Positions 10,547-20,279 of a DNA stretch of 64,000 bases are shown here, in pieces. The DNA is taken from NCBI GenBank assembly GCA_963662275.1, contig OY759316.1, positions 3,136,001 to 3,200,000 of the forward strand. Reading direction: 5' to 3'. Below the pieces are notes generated by a model. It did not search any database and had not been told where the DNA came from. It worked only from the letters and a program-made list of their open reading frames with translations. A program made the translations under genes and the position numbers. This DNA is from Candidatus Cloacimonadales bacterium (GTDB taxonomy: Bacteria > Cloacimonadota > Cloacimonadia > Cloacimonadales > DAONDQ01). Position 1 is the first letter of the stretch, and the number at the start of each line of letters is the position of its first letter.

Positions 10547-12001
10547 TCATTTCTTGATATATTTAATATCTAACTGACGTACTGCTAAAGTATCATCCAG
10601 ACGACGCACAGGTGTGTTGAATGGTGCATTGAGCAAAAGATCCGGATCATATTCACATTCATGAGCAATCTTTATCATAGCTGCTGCAAATTCATCCAAG
10701 GTTTCCATACTCTCTGTTTCAGTAGGTTCTATCATGATTGCTTCATGAATAATCAGAGGAAAATAGATCGTAGGAGCGTGATATCCCATATCCAATAATC
10801 GTTTGGCAATATCGAGAGTCCGAATCCCATACTTTTCCTTCTGCCACTCTCCATCTGCGACGAATTCATGCATACAAAAGATATCTTTATGAGCCACATG
10901 ATAATAATCTAGAATCAGGCTGCGCAGGTAATTGGCATTGATTATGGCATTTTCAGCAACGCGAAGCAAGCCTTTCGCTCCCAGCATTTTGATGTAGATA
11001 TAAGCACGTATATTAATACTGAAATTCCCATAGAAGGTTTGCACCTTTCCGATTGAATGTTCAGCATGACCAAAATCAAGATAGAATTGATCACCATCTG
11101 TTTCCACCATAGGAACTGGAAGGAATTTAACCAAATCCTTTCTTACAGCCACTGGTCCTGAACCTGGTCCACCACCACCGTGAGGTGTGCCAAATGTCTT
11201 ATGCAGATTAATATGCATGACATCGAAGCCAATCTCACCAGGTTTCACAATACCAAGTAAAGCATTGAAATTTGCACCGTCCATATACATCAACCCATCC
11301 ACATTATGTATAATCTCAGCAATGGCTTCGATCTGGGTTTCAAATAGACCGAGAGTATTGGGATTTGTCAGCATGAATCCGGCAACCGTATCATCAGTAA
11401 CACGTCGCAGTTCCTCCAAGTCCACACGTCCGTCTTCATTGGATTTAATTTCAACAACTTCAAAACCTACTAAGGAACTACTGGCTGGATTAGTACCGTG
11501 TGCTGAATCAGGAAGAATGATCTTCTTTTTGTGTAAATTGCCTTTCGCTTTATGATAAGCATCTATAATCTTGAGACCTGTGAATTCACCGTGTGCACCT
11601 GCAACCGGCTGTAAAGTGACTCTTTCAAAACCGGATATCTCAGCCAAATCCTTCTGCAATTCATACATAATTTCCAAAGCACCTTGAACTGTCTGAACAG
11701 GCTGTAACGGGTGTAGATTATTAAAGCATGAATGGTTAACTAATGTCTCGTGGAGTTTGGGATTGTATTTCATGGTGCAGGAACCGAGAGGATAGAATCC
11801 TTTCTCGATGCAATGATTTTTATTACTGAGAGCAATGAAATGACGCATTACATCCAATTCACTGACTTCCGGTAGTTCAACAGGAGCTGTCCGCAAATAT
11901 TTGGAAGGAATACAGTCCTTCAATTCAATACTAACATCGTTCTTGGGTAATGTGCAACCCTTTCTTCCAGGAGAGCTGATATCAAAAATTGTATTAGACA
12001 T
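10547..12001 (-). CDS. gcvPB: Glycine dehydrogenase (decarboxylating) subunit 2
   Basis: YPLGSCTMKYNP, PLP motif NLHKTFGTPHGGGGPG, IEPTETES. Confidence 0.97.
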   Translation of the reverse strand: MSNTIFDISSPGRKGCTLPKNDVSIELKDCIPSKYLRTAPVELPEVSELDVMRHFIALSNKNHCIEKGFYPLGSCTMKYNPKLHETLVNHSCFNNLHPLQPVQTVQGALEIMYELQKDLAEISGFERVTLQPVAGAHGEFTGLKIIDAYHKAKGNLHKKKIILPDSAHGTNPASSSLVGFEVVEIKSNEDGRVDLEELRRVTDDTVAGFMLTNPNTLGLFETQIEAIAEIIHNVDGLMYMDGANFNALLGIVKPGEIGFDVMHINLHKTFGTPHGGGGPGSGPVAVRKDLVKFLPVPMVETDGDQFYLDFGHAEHSIGKVQTFYGNFSINIRAYIYIKMLGAKGLLRVAENAIINANYLRSLILDYYHVAHKDIFCMHEFVADGEWQKEKYGIRTLDIAKRLLDMGYHAPTIYFPLIIHEAIMIEPTETESMETLDEFAAAMIKIAHECEYDPDLLLNAPFNTPVRRLDDTLAVRQLDIKYIKK

Positions 12002-13340
12002 GAGCCACCTCCTTCAGTGCATTCACAAGTTCGTCCATTTCTGCCTTGCTCTTCTTTTCAGTTACCGCAATCATAAGCTGGTTTTGTTCTCCATAGGGAG
12101 TCAAATCTACACCTGCATAGATAGCGGACGGCAATAATCTTTGAATGATCTTATCTGCTGGTATCGGTGTCTTAATTACAAATTCCTTGAAGAAGGGGAT
12201 ATTTGGATATGCAAGTGCGAAACCTGGAATTGAACCGATCTCTTTCGCCAGATAATGAGCTTTTGTTGCTGACTGTGTTGCTACTTCCTGTAGTCCCTCC
12301 TTCCCGATGAGACACATATAAACACAGGCAGCAAGTGCACAGAGAGATTCATTCGAGCAAATATTGGAAGTGGCTTTCTCACGACGGATATGCTGTTCAC
12401 GAGCCTGCAGCGTTAAACAATACCCGCGTTTTCCTTCCACATCAAGAGTTGCACCTACGATTCTACCCGGCATCATGCGTGCTAAGTCCATCTTCGCTGC
12501 AAAGAAACCGAACAGAGGACCCCCAAAATACATGCTGTTGCCAAGTGCCTGTCCTTCACCGACAACGACATCAGCGCTATATTCAGCAGGAGATGATAAT
12601 ATACCCAGGGAAATTGGATCAACGGCTACAATGAATAATGCTTTCTTCTGCGTATGAACAATTTCACCAACAGTTAAGCCATCTTCAAGATTACCGAAGA
12701 AATTAGGTGTTTGCAGTAATACGCAGGATGTCTTATCATCCACAGCAGACTTCAAGGCATCCAAGTCAACGAGTCCATTCTTAGTTGGAATTATTACAAG
12801 CTCAATGCCTATACCTTCAGTGTAGGAACGTATAACTTGCAGAAAATGAGGATGTACGGTACCGGCAATGACAGCCTTCATCAGCTTGTTTTTGCGCACA
12901 GCCAGCAAAATAGCTTCTGCAGCAGCAGTGGCACCATCATACATACTGGCATTGGCAATTTCCATACCTGTCAGTTCGCAGATCATCGTTTGATATTCAT
13001 AAATATACTGTAACGTGCCCTGGCTAACTTCTGCCTGGTAGGGAGTGTAAGCAGTCAGGAATTCTGGACGGGATGTAATGGTATCAACAGCAGCGGGAAT
13101 GAAATGATCGTACACTCCGGCGCCTAGAAAAGAATTTGCCGATGCAGCACATAAATTGTTACAGGTCATTTGGTGAATCTGTTTAGTAATTTCAATTTCA
13201 GAAAGAGGTATATCAAGATTGAGGTCTTTCTTCAATCTGAACTTCTCGGGTATGTCTTTGATCAAGTCTGAAAACTGGTTAACGCCAATGCGTTTCAGCA
13301 TTTTCAAACGCTCTGCGTCTGTGTTGGAAATGTACGGCAT
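11994..13340 (-). CDS. gcvPA: Glycine dehydrogenase (decarboxylating) subunit 1
   Basis: FLTAYTPYQAEVSQG, NASMYDGATA, REQHIRREKATSNIC. Confidence 0.97.
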   Translation of the reverse strand: MPYISNTDAERLKMLKRIGVNQFSDLIKDIPEKFRLKKDLNLDIPLSEIEITKQIHQMTCNNLCAASANSFLGAGVYDHFIPAAVDTITSRPEFLTAYTPYQAEVSQGTLQYIYEYQTMICELTGMEIANASMYDGATAAAEAILLAVRKNKLMKAVIAGTVHPHFLQVIRSYTEGIGIELVIIPTKNGLVDLDALKSAVDDKTSCVLLQTPNFFGNLEDGLTVGEIVHTQKKALFIVAVDPISLGILSSPAEYSADVVVGEGQALGNSMYFGGPLFGFFAAKMDLARMMPGRIVGATLDVEGKRGYCLTLQAREQHIRREKATSNICSNESLCALAACVYMCLIGKEGLQEVATQSATKAHYLAKEIGSIPGFALAYPNIPFFKEFVIKTPIPADKIIQRLLPSAIYAGVDLTPYGEQNQLMIAVTEKKSKAEMDELVNALKEVAHV

Positions 13341-13602
13341 CGAAGTCTCCTTATCTATCTATATAGTAATGAATATTAAATTTTTTATGCAGAATTTAGA
13401 TAGGAAAGATTTTGTCAATAAAAAGGCAGGAAAGAAATTAAGAAATAAAAAATAATAATTAAAAAATAGCAGAGCAGACAATTCATGAATGATTAGAAAA
13501 TGTTATTTCTACCATTTATCACGTTTTTCAGAGTATGAGTTTTGCAGCAGAAGTCATAACAAATTAATGCAAACACTCTCTAAAACTCTGCTTTCATCCC
13601 AT

Positions 13603-14268
13603 TCAAAACGCAAAAGTTGCTTTCAGGAATGGTAAGGCAATCAATTCTCCTGTATCGCCTTGTAATGGTCGAAATCCTCCAAAATCCCAACTCATTTTAT
13701 CACCTTTGAATCTCACACCGAATAGGAGTAAACCATTTGTTTCTTTTTCCAAGACCTGTGAAGCTGTTACAAATTCACCTATAAAAGCCGTTCGTGAAGC
13801 AAGTTTCTGAATCGTTCCGATGGCTAATGCAACATTATTGGATGAGCTTTCAAAATCAGTTGCCCAACTGCCAGCTATGTGAAAACTGTTATCAGGTGTT
13901 CCATAACTAACCACATTCCCTATGCTCATAACGTGAAAATGAACTGTATAGGTTGTCCAAAATGCAGACTGGATTTTTCCCTGGTGCAGGTAATTCTGTT
14001 TGATACCAACAGAAAAAGTTCTAACCATTTCCTCGGTGATTGGGAACAGAGTCATTGCGCTTATATGGGTATGATCATTCACTGCATAAGCATATTGCAG
14101 CACAATCAGTTCATAGTCAGTCAACGCTTTCATTCCTCTCGGCATAGTATAAGCTGTTGGCATGACAAACAGAGATTGATCGGCTGCCTGGTATTCAACT
14201 TTGCTTTCAAGTGCAAATGCCGTCATACTTCCAAGAATCATTAAAACATAGAGAATGATTTGTTTCAT
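13603..14268 (-). CDS. Exported hypothetical protein, probable outer-membrane beta-barrel
   Basis: Signal peptide, alternating beta-strand pattern, C-terminal Phe. Confidence 0.55.
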   Translation of the reverse strand: MKQIILYVLMILGSMTAFALESKVEYQAADQSLFVMPTAYTMPRGMKALTDYELIVLQYAYAVNDHTHISAMTLFPITEEMVRTFSVGIKQNYLHQGKIQSAFWTTYTVHFHVMSIGNVVSYGTPDNSFHIAGSWATDFESSSNNVALAIGTIQKLASRTAFIGEFVTASQVLEKETNGLLLFGVRFKGDKMSWDFGGFRPLQGDTGELIALPFLKATFAF

Positions 14269-14283
14269 TGATTCCCCTTTTTT

Positions 14284-14637
14284 TTACTCACTTACCATCT
14301 TATTATCCGGTTCCTTTGGCAAAAATACATGAATCTTTGCTGCATGATTCTCATCCAGGGGAACGGTGAAGAAATAAAAATTTGTATCTCCGAAATCAAG
14401 GAATCCCTTCATTCTTTTACCATAGTTTATAGACTCATCCAACGGACAAAATGCATGTACAGATTCATTACCGGTGACATGATAACACTTTTTCCCAACC
14501 AAATCTGCACCTAGATCAAAATCTCTGGCGAATCTTTCGTTATGCCACACAATTTCGTTGTCCCTGTTTAAAATCATGATAGATAGAAATGGAGAATTCA
14601 CGATTTCCATCCCAAGTTTTCCTAATAAGTCAACCAT
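14284..14637 (-). CDS. Small stand-alone PAS-like domain protein
   Basis: ILNRDNEIVWHNERF...LVGKKCY...CPL pattern typical of PAS domains; GAGG RBS. Confidence 0.6.
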   Translation of the reverse strand: MVDLLGKLGMEIVNSPFLSIMILNRDNEIVWHNERFARDFDLGADLVGKKCYHVTGNESVHAFCPLDESINYGKRMKGFLDFGDTNFYFFTVPLDENHAAKIHVFLPKEPDNKMVSE

Positions 14638-14699
14638 GTTATTACCTCTTAAGTAAATTGTATTATTGACTGAAATCGTGTCAATGAAAACAACATTAA

Positions 14700-14729
14700 G
14701 AAAAAGGGCAGACGTTAAGTCTGCCCTTT
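14700..14729 (-). terminator. Intrinsic terminator
   Basis: AAAGGGCAGAC-GTTAA-GTCTGCCCTTT stem with A/T flanks. Confidence 0.85.
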
Positions 14730-14745
14730 CATGATAAATATATGC

Positions 14746-16545
14746 TTATTGAAGAACTACAATTTTCTTCGTCTTATTACAGCTTGGTGTGCTTAATTTG
14801 TAGAAATAGACACCGGCACTGCATTCCTGTCCATGGTTGTCTTGTCCATTCCAGGAAATTGTTTGGCTTCCAGCGGTACGTGTATAACTCTGAACGACCT
14901 GTCCACGTGTATTATAGATAGTCAATGTTGCTGTTTCACCAGTCTTGACATCGAATTCGATTTTCGTTATTGTATTGACTTTGAACGGATTTGGATAAGC
15001 ATTCTTCAGTGCTGAGAAAGGAGGAATGATTGGAAGATCCGCACCCACAACAGCCACTGAAACATAATTACTAAAATGACTAGCTCCATTCATATCGACA
15101 TTTTCCACCCAATAGTAATAGGTAGTTCCAACAACAACTTCAGGATCAAGAAAATTATAGGTGTGAGTTACTGATGAATTATTGCCGCTAATGACTGTTT
15201 GATTCATTTTCGTTGAACCACTTAAAATTGTATTCGTTGAACGATAAATATTGAATCCAAGATTATTGGTTTCAGATTCGGTTGTCCATTGCAGATTCAC
15301 CAACATCTGGGCTGTTAATGTAGCAGTGAAAGAAGTCATTTCAACCGGAAGTTCCGCTTCAATGGATCCTACTGTCCATTCACTAAAACTGGTTACTCCC
15401 ATCGCTTTAATATGCGTTGCATCAGCAATCTGAGTATTAGCTAAAGGATATTCAATCCAATCGGTACTATAGAAAGGACGATGCAGAATACGCCAGGAGG
15501 CTGTACTTCCTAAAGATTGACCGGTCAGATCGAATGTGATATCTGCATTAAAAGTGGATAGCGTTGTACTTAACTGCCAGTATTTGGTTGCCGGTGTTAA
15601 AATATAAAGAGGATAATTTCCACCAGGTGCAGCTAATACTTCATTTACTGTATAACCTCTCAATGTACTTTGAGCACCACCATTCACAGCAGTAGTAAAA
15701 TGTGTTTCCAATTCAGATAAAGGAGATGGCACATCCACTTCACTTCCAGCGGGAACATCTTGTATGGATACACTTTCTTTGTGAAATGCCGGACGAACAA
15801 CAACATCAAATGTAAACCATCCTTCAGGATCACCAAAGACATAGGTTGCATTTGTAAAATCCATGAAAACCTGGTTATCGTATGAATTTGCGAAAGCATT
15901 ACGCCAAGCTTCGACGGTATTCGCTTCATCAAGATATCCCCACCCGTTGACAATGATATTTCCACCATTACCAACATCATTCTGCCAATTAATTGCTCCC
16001 GGGATTAATCGGGCAGATAAAATGGCACGTATCTGTTCTTTTGTCTGATATGGACTAACAGCAACTATCTTGCAGTTCAACAATCTCATTTTTTCCACAC
16101 CATCAACATAAAAATGACAAATGCCTTCCGTATAGTCTCTGCGGTCACCTGCTTCTCCATGAACTGTCCAATTAGTGGAATAATCTGAAGTATTGAGTTT
16201 CCCAAAACCAGTAAGAATATAGGGATCCAGTTTAACAGTTACAGCTCCACCTGGGTCAAACCCAAGATTCTGTGCTTGTAAAGTGCATGTTGTGGTTCCA
16301 TCTTTCCAATCCAACTTACTAAAACCAAATAACCAAGCTGGAACTTTAGCTCCTCTTGTAAAACAATTCCCATCTGTATAGATTTGGGGAAGAGGTAAGC
16401 CCGGATCATCAAAATCATACAGCCATGGTCCATGAGGCATATCGGAAGCACGAAGATTTCCAATATGGAATTTTAAGGGATCAACAGCGAATAATGCACT
16501 TGTCAATGCAACGAGTAAAAGAACAAATACAACTTTTCTCATCAT
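14746..16545 (-). CDS. Secreted protein with C-terminal FlgD-Ig/T9SS type A-like sorting domain
   Basis: Signal peptide; LPVEMTSFTA Fn3-like module; AYPNPF...IYNTRGQ...WNGQD...SAGVYFYKL tail. Confidence 0.85.
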   Translation of the reverse strand: MMRKVVFVLLLVALTSALFAVDPLKFHIGNLRASDMPHGPWLYDFDDPGLPLPQIYTDGNCFTRGAKVPAWLFGFSKLDWKDGTTTCTLQAQNLGFDPGGAVTVKLDPYILTGFGKLNTSDYSTNWTVHGEAGDRRDYTEGICHFYVDGVEKMRLLNCKIVAVSPYQTKEQIRAILSARLIPGAINWQNDVGNGGNIIVNGWGYLDEANTVEAWRNAFANSYDNQVFMDFTNATYVFGDPEGWFTFDVVVRPAFHKESVSIQDVPAGSEVDVPSPLSELETHFTTAVNGGAQSTLRGYTVNEVLAAPGGNYPLYILTPATKYWQLSTTLSTFNADITFDLTGQSLGSTASWRILHRPFYSTDWIEYPLANTQIADATHIKAMGVTSFSEWTVGSIEAELPVEMTSFTATLTAQMLVNLQWTTESETNNLGFNIYRSTNTILSGSTKMNQTVISGNNSSVTHTYNFLDPEVVVGTTYYYWVENVDMNGASHFSNYVSVAVVGADLPIIPPFSALKNAYPNPFKVNTITKIEFDVKTGETATLTIYNTRGQVVQSYTRTAGSQTISWNGQDNHGQECSAGVYFYKLSTPSCNKTKKIVVLQ

Positions 16546-16638
16546 ATCTCCTTTGTTGTTTATTCATTTAAGTCGAGATTTCTATGTATAATAGCAATTT
16601 ACTTATTATTTTGAATTTGTCAAGCAGGATTTTTAAAG

Positions 16639-18284
16639 CTCACATCCCCCCGTTTTTCAAACCAGGTATTTTTAGCTGCTGATTATCCAGCCATTTTCCT
16701 GCAAAAGGATTGAGCCTGTACCTTGTCACGGTGGCAAAACACATCTCTATCAGCATTGACAGACGATAATACACAAAGTCATATATCTGCTTCCACTGTT
16801 TATTTGAGTATTTCATAAGATTTGGGAAGGCATCTAAAAATACGCCAGCATACTTTTTCAGAGAATACAGGTAGCACATAGCTAGCAGAAGCAGCTGGTT
16901 CATGTTTTTCAGACGGGTATATGATTTCAGTTGTATCTTTTCCCAACCATATTCCTGCTTGATATGGCGATGGACCTCTTCGATTTTCCAGCGTATGCGA
17001 TACATCCGCAAAACCTTCTCCATGATAGCATTTTCCGTCAGATAAGGTTGTGTCGGAAAGTCGCAGATGAAATAGAAATATCCCTGTCTGCCACTAGCAT
17101 CGGGACTGAACTGTGCAACAATAAGCCAGGCATCTGTAGTATCAGGGTATTTTACAGGGTAAGGATTCAAACGCAGCTTCACCCGCGTTAAACCACATTT
17201 TATCTGTTGTCCTGATTCTTGCAGATTGAATGTATGATCGAGTTTCACTGTCTTTGCCACTGCCATGAAGTTCTGTTCGCAGCCATCCATGATAAGACTT
17301 CTTTCACCTGTTGATCTGATGATATAGCTTAGTCCATGTTCATGCAGAAAGCTGAATAGATTTCGGTTGTCAAAGCCACGGTCGAAAATAGTTACTCCAC
17401 GGTTACCACTTGCAAGAATAATCCCCACTAGCCGGTCTTCCATGATCTGAGAGACGCTATCCAGTTCCATGTTTCGGGCTATCAGGTCTGAACTGATGGG
17501 TTTTATCTCATAGCCTGTACTGCCTGCCTGATAGGCAATTATATTCAGCAATGCATAGCCCTGCTGATCATGACTGCCGGTGCTGCCATCACGCACCTTC
17601 TGCAATCCCTCCATCTTTTTGGCTTTGGTTTTTACGATATCACTTTCATCAACTATGATGCCTGTCTCATCATCAAAACCCTGGCACTGATGCCTAATTA
17701 TTTCCGCTTGCAGCTTATCTCCTAAGGGCTTCTTATTCAAATGTCGGGTGAAACGTTCGCAGAGCTTTTTAACCGTGATTGGTTCATTTAGCTGTTTCGC
17801 TATTTGGAGCATAATTACAGATTTACTTTTCAGTATCCCTAAGCAGATATCCTGTATGAACTTATACACAGGTAGAGATTGCGTTTCTCTAAAATTATTC
17901 AGAAATTGTAACAATTTTACTTGCAAGGTTTCTCTGGTTTTGATTTGCTTCTTATTAATCATGGGTGTCTCCTTCTTAGGTTTGGTTTAGTGCTTGAACA
18001 AAAGATCGGAGACACTTTTTTTGTACAGTTTTATTATGGACATTCTATATAGTTATCTTATTTTCTCACATAATTTTATAAGTTTTATTAAAATACCTGC
18101 TTTTTGCTTTTACCGTGAAAACACAACTCTTCTGTTTACCGTAAATTACAAATTGCACTAGTTTCTGTTTAGGAGTTTTGACCAACCAGTGATGTTAAAC
18201 AGATTTTCAAAGTCGGCAAAACGTTTGACTGTTACTATAAACGCTTCTAAACTAATTGTTAAGAAAATTACGGGGGGATGCCTG
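16639..18284 (-). mobile_element. Complete IS4-family insertion sequence (1646 bp)
   Basis: Imperfect TIRs CTCACATCCCCCCGT / ACGGGGGGATGCCTG. 12-bp target duplication GGATTTTTAAAG at 16627..16638 and 18285..18296. Confidence 0.93.
16640..17962 (-). CDS. IS4-family DDE transposase
   Basis: IIVDESD, FDRGFD, YREK signature YRIRWKIEEVHRHIK. Stop codon lies inside the TIR. Confidence 0.92.
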   Translation of the reverse strand: MINKKQIKTRETLQVKLLQFLNNFRETQSLPVYKFIQDICLGILKSKSVIMLQIAKQLNEPITVKKLCERFTRHLNKKPLGDKLQAEIIRHQCQGFDDETGIIVDESDIVKTKAKKMEGLQKVRDGSTGSHDQQGYALLNIIAYQAGSTGYEIKPISSDLIARNMELDSVSQIMEDRLVGIILASGNRGVTIFDRGFDNRNLFSFLHEHGLSYIIRSTGERSLIMDGCEQNFMAVAKTVKLDHTFNLQESGQQIKCGLTRVKLRLNPYPVKYPDTTDAWLIVAQFSPDASGRQGYFYFICDFPTQPYLTENAIMEKVLRMYRIRWKIEEVHRHIKQEYGWEKIQLKSYTRLKNMNQLLLLAMCYLYSLKKYAGVFLDAFPNLMKYSNKQWKQIYDFVYYRLSMLIEMCFATVTRYRLNPFAGKWLDNQQLKIPGLKNGGM

Positions 18285-18343
18285 GGATTTTTAAAGAAGC
18301 TTACAGATCTGAGTCAAATGATTTGTTACGTGGGAAACATGCT

Positions 18344-18500
18344 CCCCTATCATTCCACTTAATTTATACCAAGTTCATACCAGTTTCAATCCAATTTCAT
18401 ACCAGTTTCAATCCTGTTTCATTCCTGTTTCGAGAAATTGGTATGAAGTATGTTTTGAATTAGTTTGGATTTGTTTATATCTTGGAATAAATAAAGGGGA
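18344..18500. repeat. Fold-back array of 11-bp units (CCAGTTTCAAT family)
   Basis: Units CCAAGTTCATA, CCAGTTTCAAT, CCTGTTTCATT followed by degenerate inverted units; related to 42485..42620. Confidence 0.75.
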
Positions 18501-18690
18501 AAGAGTGTGGTAATTAAGAATTTGCAGAGCAGTACTAACTCTCTGTCAATCCGTGAAATACTTCCCATTACAAAAGAGAGGGGAATAAGCTATAAAGACT
18601 GGTTTGTTGACACGGACTGCTACAACCGGCTGAACCCGGAGCTACGGCAGAACAGTAGGATCGGCATTCTACTCCACGACAAGCTACAAC

Positions 18691-19806
18691 CTAATGAAAG
18701 AACGGGTACAGATAATAACCAGCCACGATCAGTACAATCCAGGATAAGATAATGATTCCGATACCGCCCGCACCGGATGTCCAGAGAGATAATCCACCCC
18801 AGATGCGGGATGGGGAATTGTGTTTCAGAATAGCAATAGGTCTCGCTCTCCAGGTTCTCACATATTGTCCGGCTTTTCCCGGTTGGATGAGACAATATTC
18901 GAACCATTGGGCATAGGAATGATCACGCCAGTGTTCTATGGATTTCCAGGGAAAGCCAAGTCCTTTCGTAATTCCCACTCCATCGCTTCCGATCTTCTTT
19001 CTTAGCCTGTGGGGAAAGGTTGCTGAATTTCGACAGGGAAAAAGAGTCACACGCGCTACGATAATTGCATGATCATCATCCTGGGCGTAATGTTCTGCTG
19101 TTTTCTTATAGAATCCGAAGTATATCCCGCTACCGGCATAATCACCACCTCCCACAAGCCAGCGTCCTTCCTGGGCAATATTCGTGGCGACACCTTTGAA
19201 TCTTGTTCCATGGTACATTGTATAAGTCGGGAAAATAGTATCTACACCCGTCATGAGTATACCTTCCAACAAAGCAGAACCATTTCTGCTGAATACATGC
19301 AGAAAGCGTTTGGGAAAGCCTTTGAACCAAAGCTTCCAGTATTTTCGTCCTCGAAGATGACGGTATTCTTTTTTTTTGGGATAGAAAAGCTCTGCAATAC
19401 TATCACACAGGTTCACTGTCCAATACAAAATGATATTAAAATATAAAGCATTAATGATGCGAATTGGAGTCAGGGCAACGTGCATGATGATCCACCAAAG
19501 GGGAGCCAATCCTGTCAGCAGTAAGACGCTAAAACTCAGGTGTGATGTTATTTTTTCCGGATCACGCCAATTATAGCGTATCGGATTGTAGGATATCCAT
19601 TGCACCCAGTTCAACAGCAGGAACGGATAGCGCAGATGCCAGATCACATGTCTCAGTAAATAAACGCTAAGCAAAATGAGCAGTATCCATCCAAGTCCCA
19701 GGAGGATGTAAATTCCACCCTGGAGAAAAATATTGTGACCAGCGAGTGCCATGATAGCGTTAATACTCATGAGACATGGGTAACAAGTAGTATGTAGGAA
19801 GGTCAA
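18691..19806 (-). CDS. Membrane protein with PARP-like ADP-ribosyltransferase domain (true start uncertain, possibly MSINAIM)
   Basis: N- and C-terminal hydrophobic helices flank MYHGT...YAGSGIYFG...TAEHYA...WFEYC. Confidence 0.65.
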   Translation of the reverse strand: MTFLHTTCYPCLMSINAIMALAGHNIFLQGGIYILLGLGWILLILLSVYLLRHVIWHLRYPFLLLNWVQWISYNPIRYNWRDPEKITSHLSFSVLLLTGLAPLWWIIMHVALTPIRIINALYFNIILYWTVNLCDSIAELFYPKKKEYRHLRGRKYWKLWFKGFPKRFLHVFSRNGSALLEGILMTGVDTIFPTYTMYHGTRFKGVATNIAQEGRWLVGGGDYAGSGIYFGFYKKTAEHYAQDDDHAIIVARVTLFPCRNSATFPHRLRKKIGSDGVGITKGLGFPWKSIEHWRDHSYAQWFEYCLIQPGKAGQYVRTWRARPIAILKHNSPSRIWGGLSLWTSGAGGIGIIILSWIVLIVAGYYLYPFFH

Positions 19807-19849
19807 GGGAATTATAAATTAAAGAGAAAATGAAGGGGGTGAAACTGTC

Positions 19850-20050
19850 GGGTTTGAACTTCCCAGAAAACAGGTTTTTGCTACCGAGGATGAAAGCTGA
19901 GTTCTCCGAGTGAACAGATTTATCTATTTGTATCGAGGAGACGATATTGCACAACTTTATAGGGACACATTGGGTCATTTCGATACAATTTCTCCTTCGT
20001 CGAAATCACTCAATGAACCGGCTCTCAGCTTTCATATAAACTCCAAACTC
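19850..20050. repeat. MITE-like or structured repeat, copy A (with an internal insertion)
   Basis: GGGTTTGAACTTCCC start; ATGAAAGCTGAG...CTCAGCTTTCAT stem; homologous to 43842 and 51609. Confidence 0.7.
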
Positions 20051-20279
20051 TTAGATTTCGGGTAAAGAATTAAGCTCGAGAAAATCGCACCACACGTCTC
20101 AAAAAATTTGTCACTCCTAGTTGCAGGTGCTCTTTTTCTGCTCTGAAACTTGCCCCTGGAACCTAATACCGAGTACCTTTCCTGTTTTATTATTGACATT
20201 AGAAATCTATATTGCATTTATGTGTTATTGAATTAACTTATCAGGTATTAATAACCATGATTATTACAAAGGAGACAGG

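Noticed and set aside
13341..13600. Glycine riboswitch upstream of gcvPA
   Set aside because: No recognisable aptamer motifs; the region is simply AT-rich.
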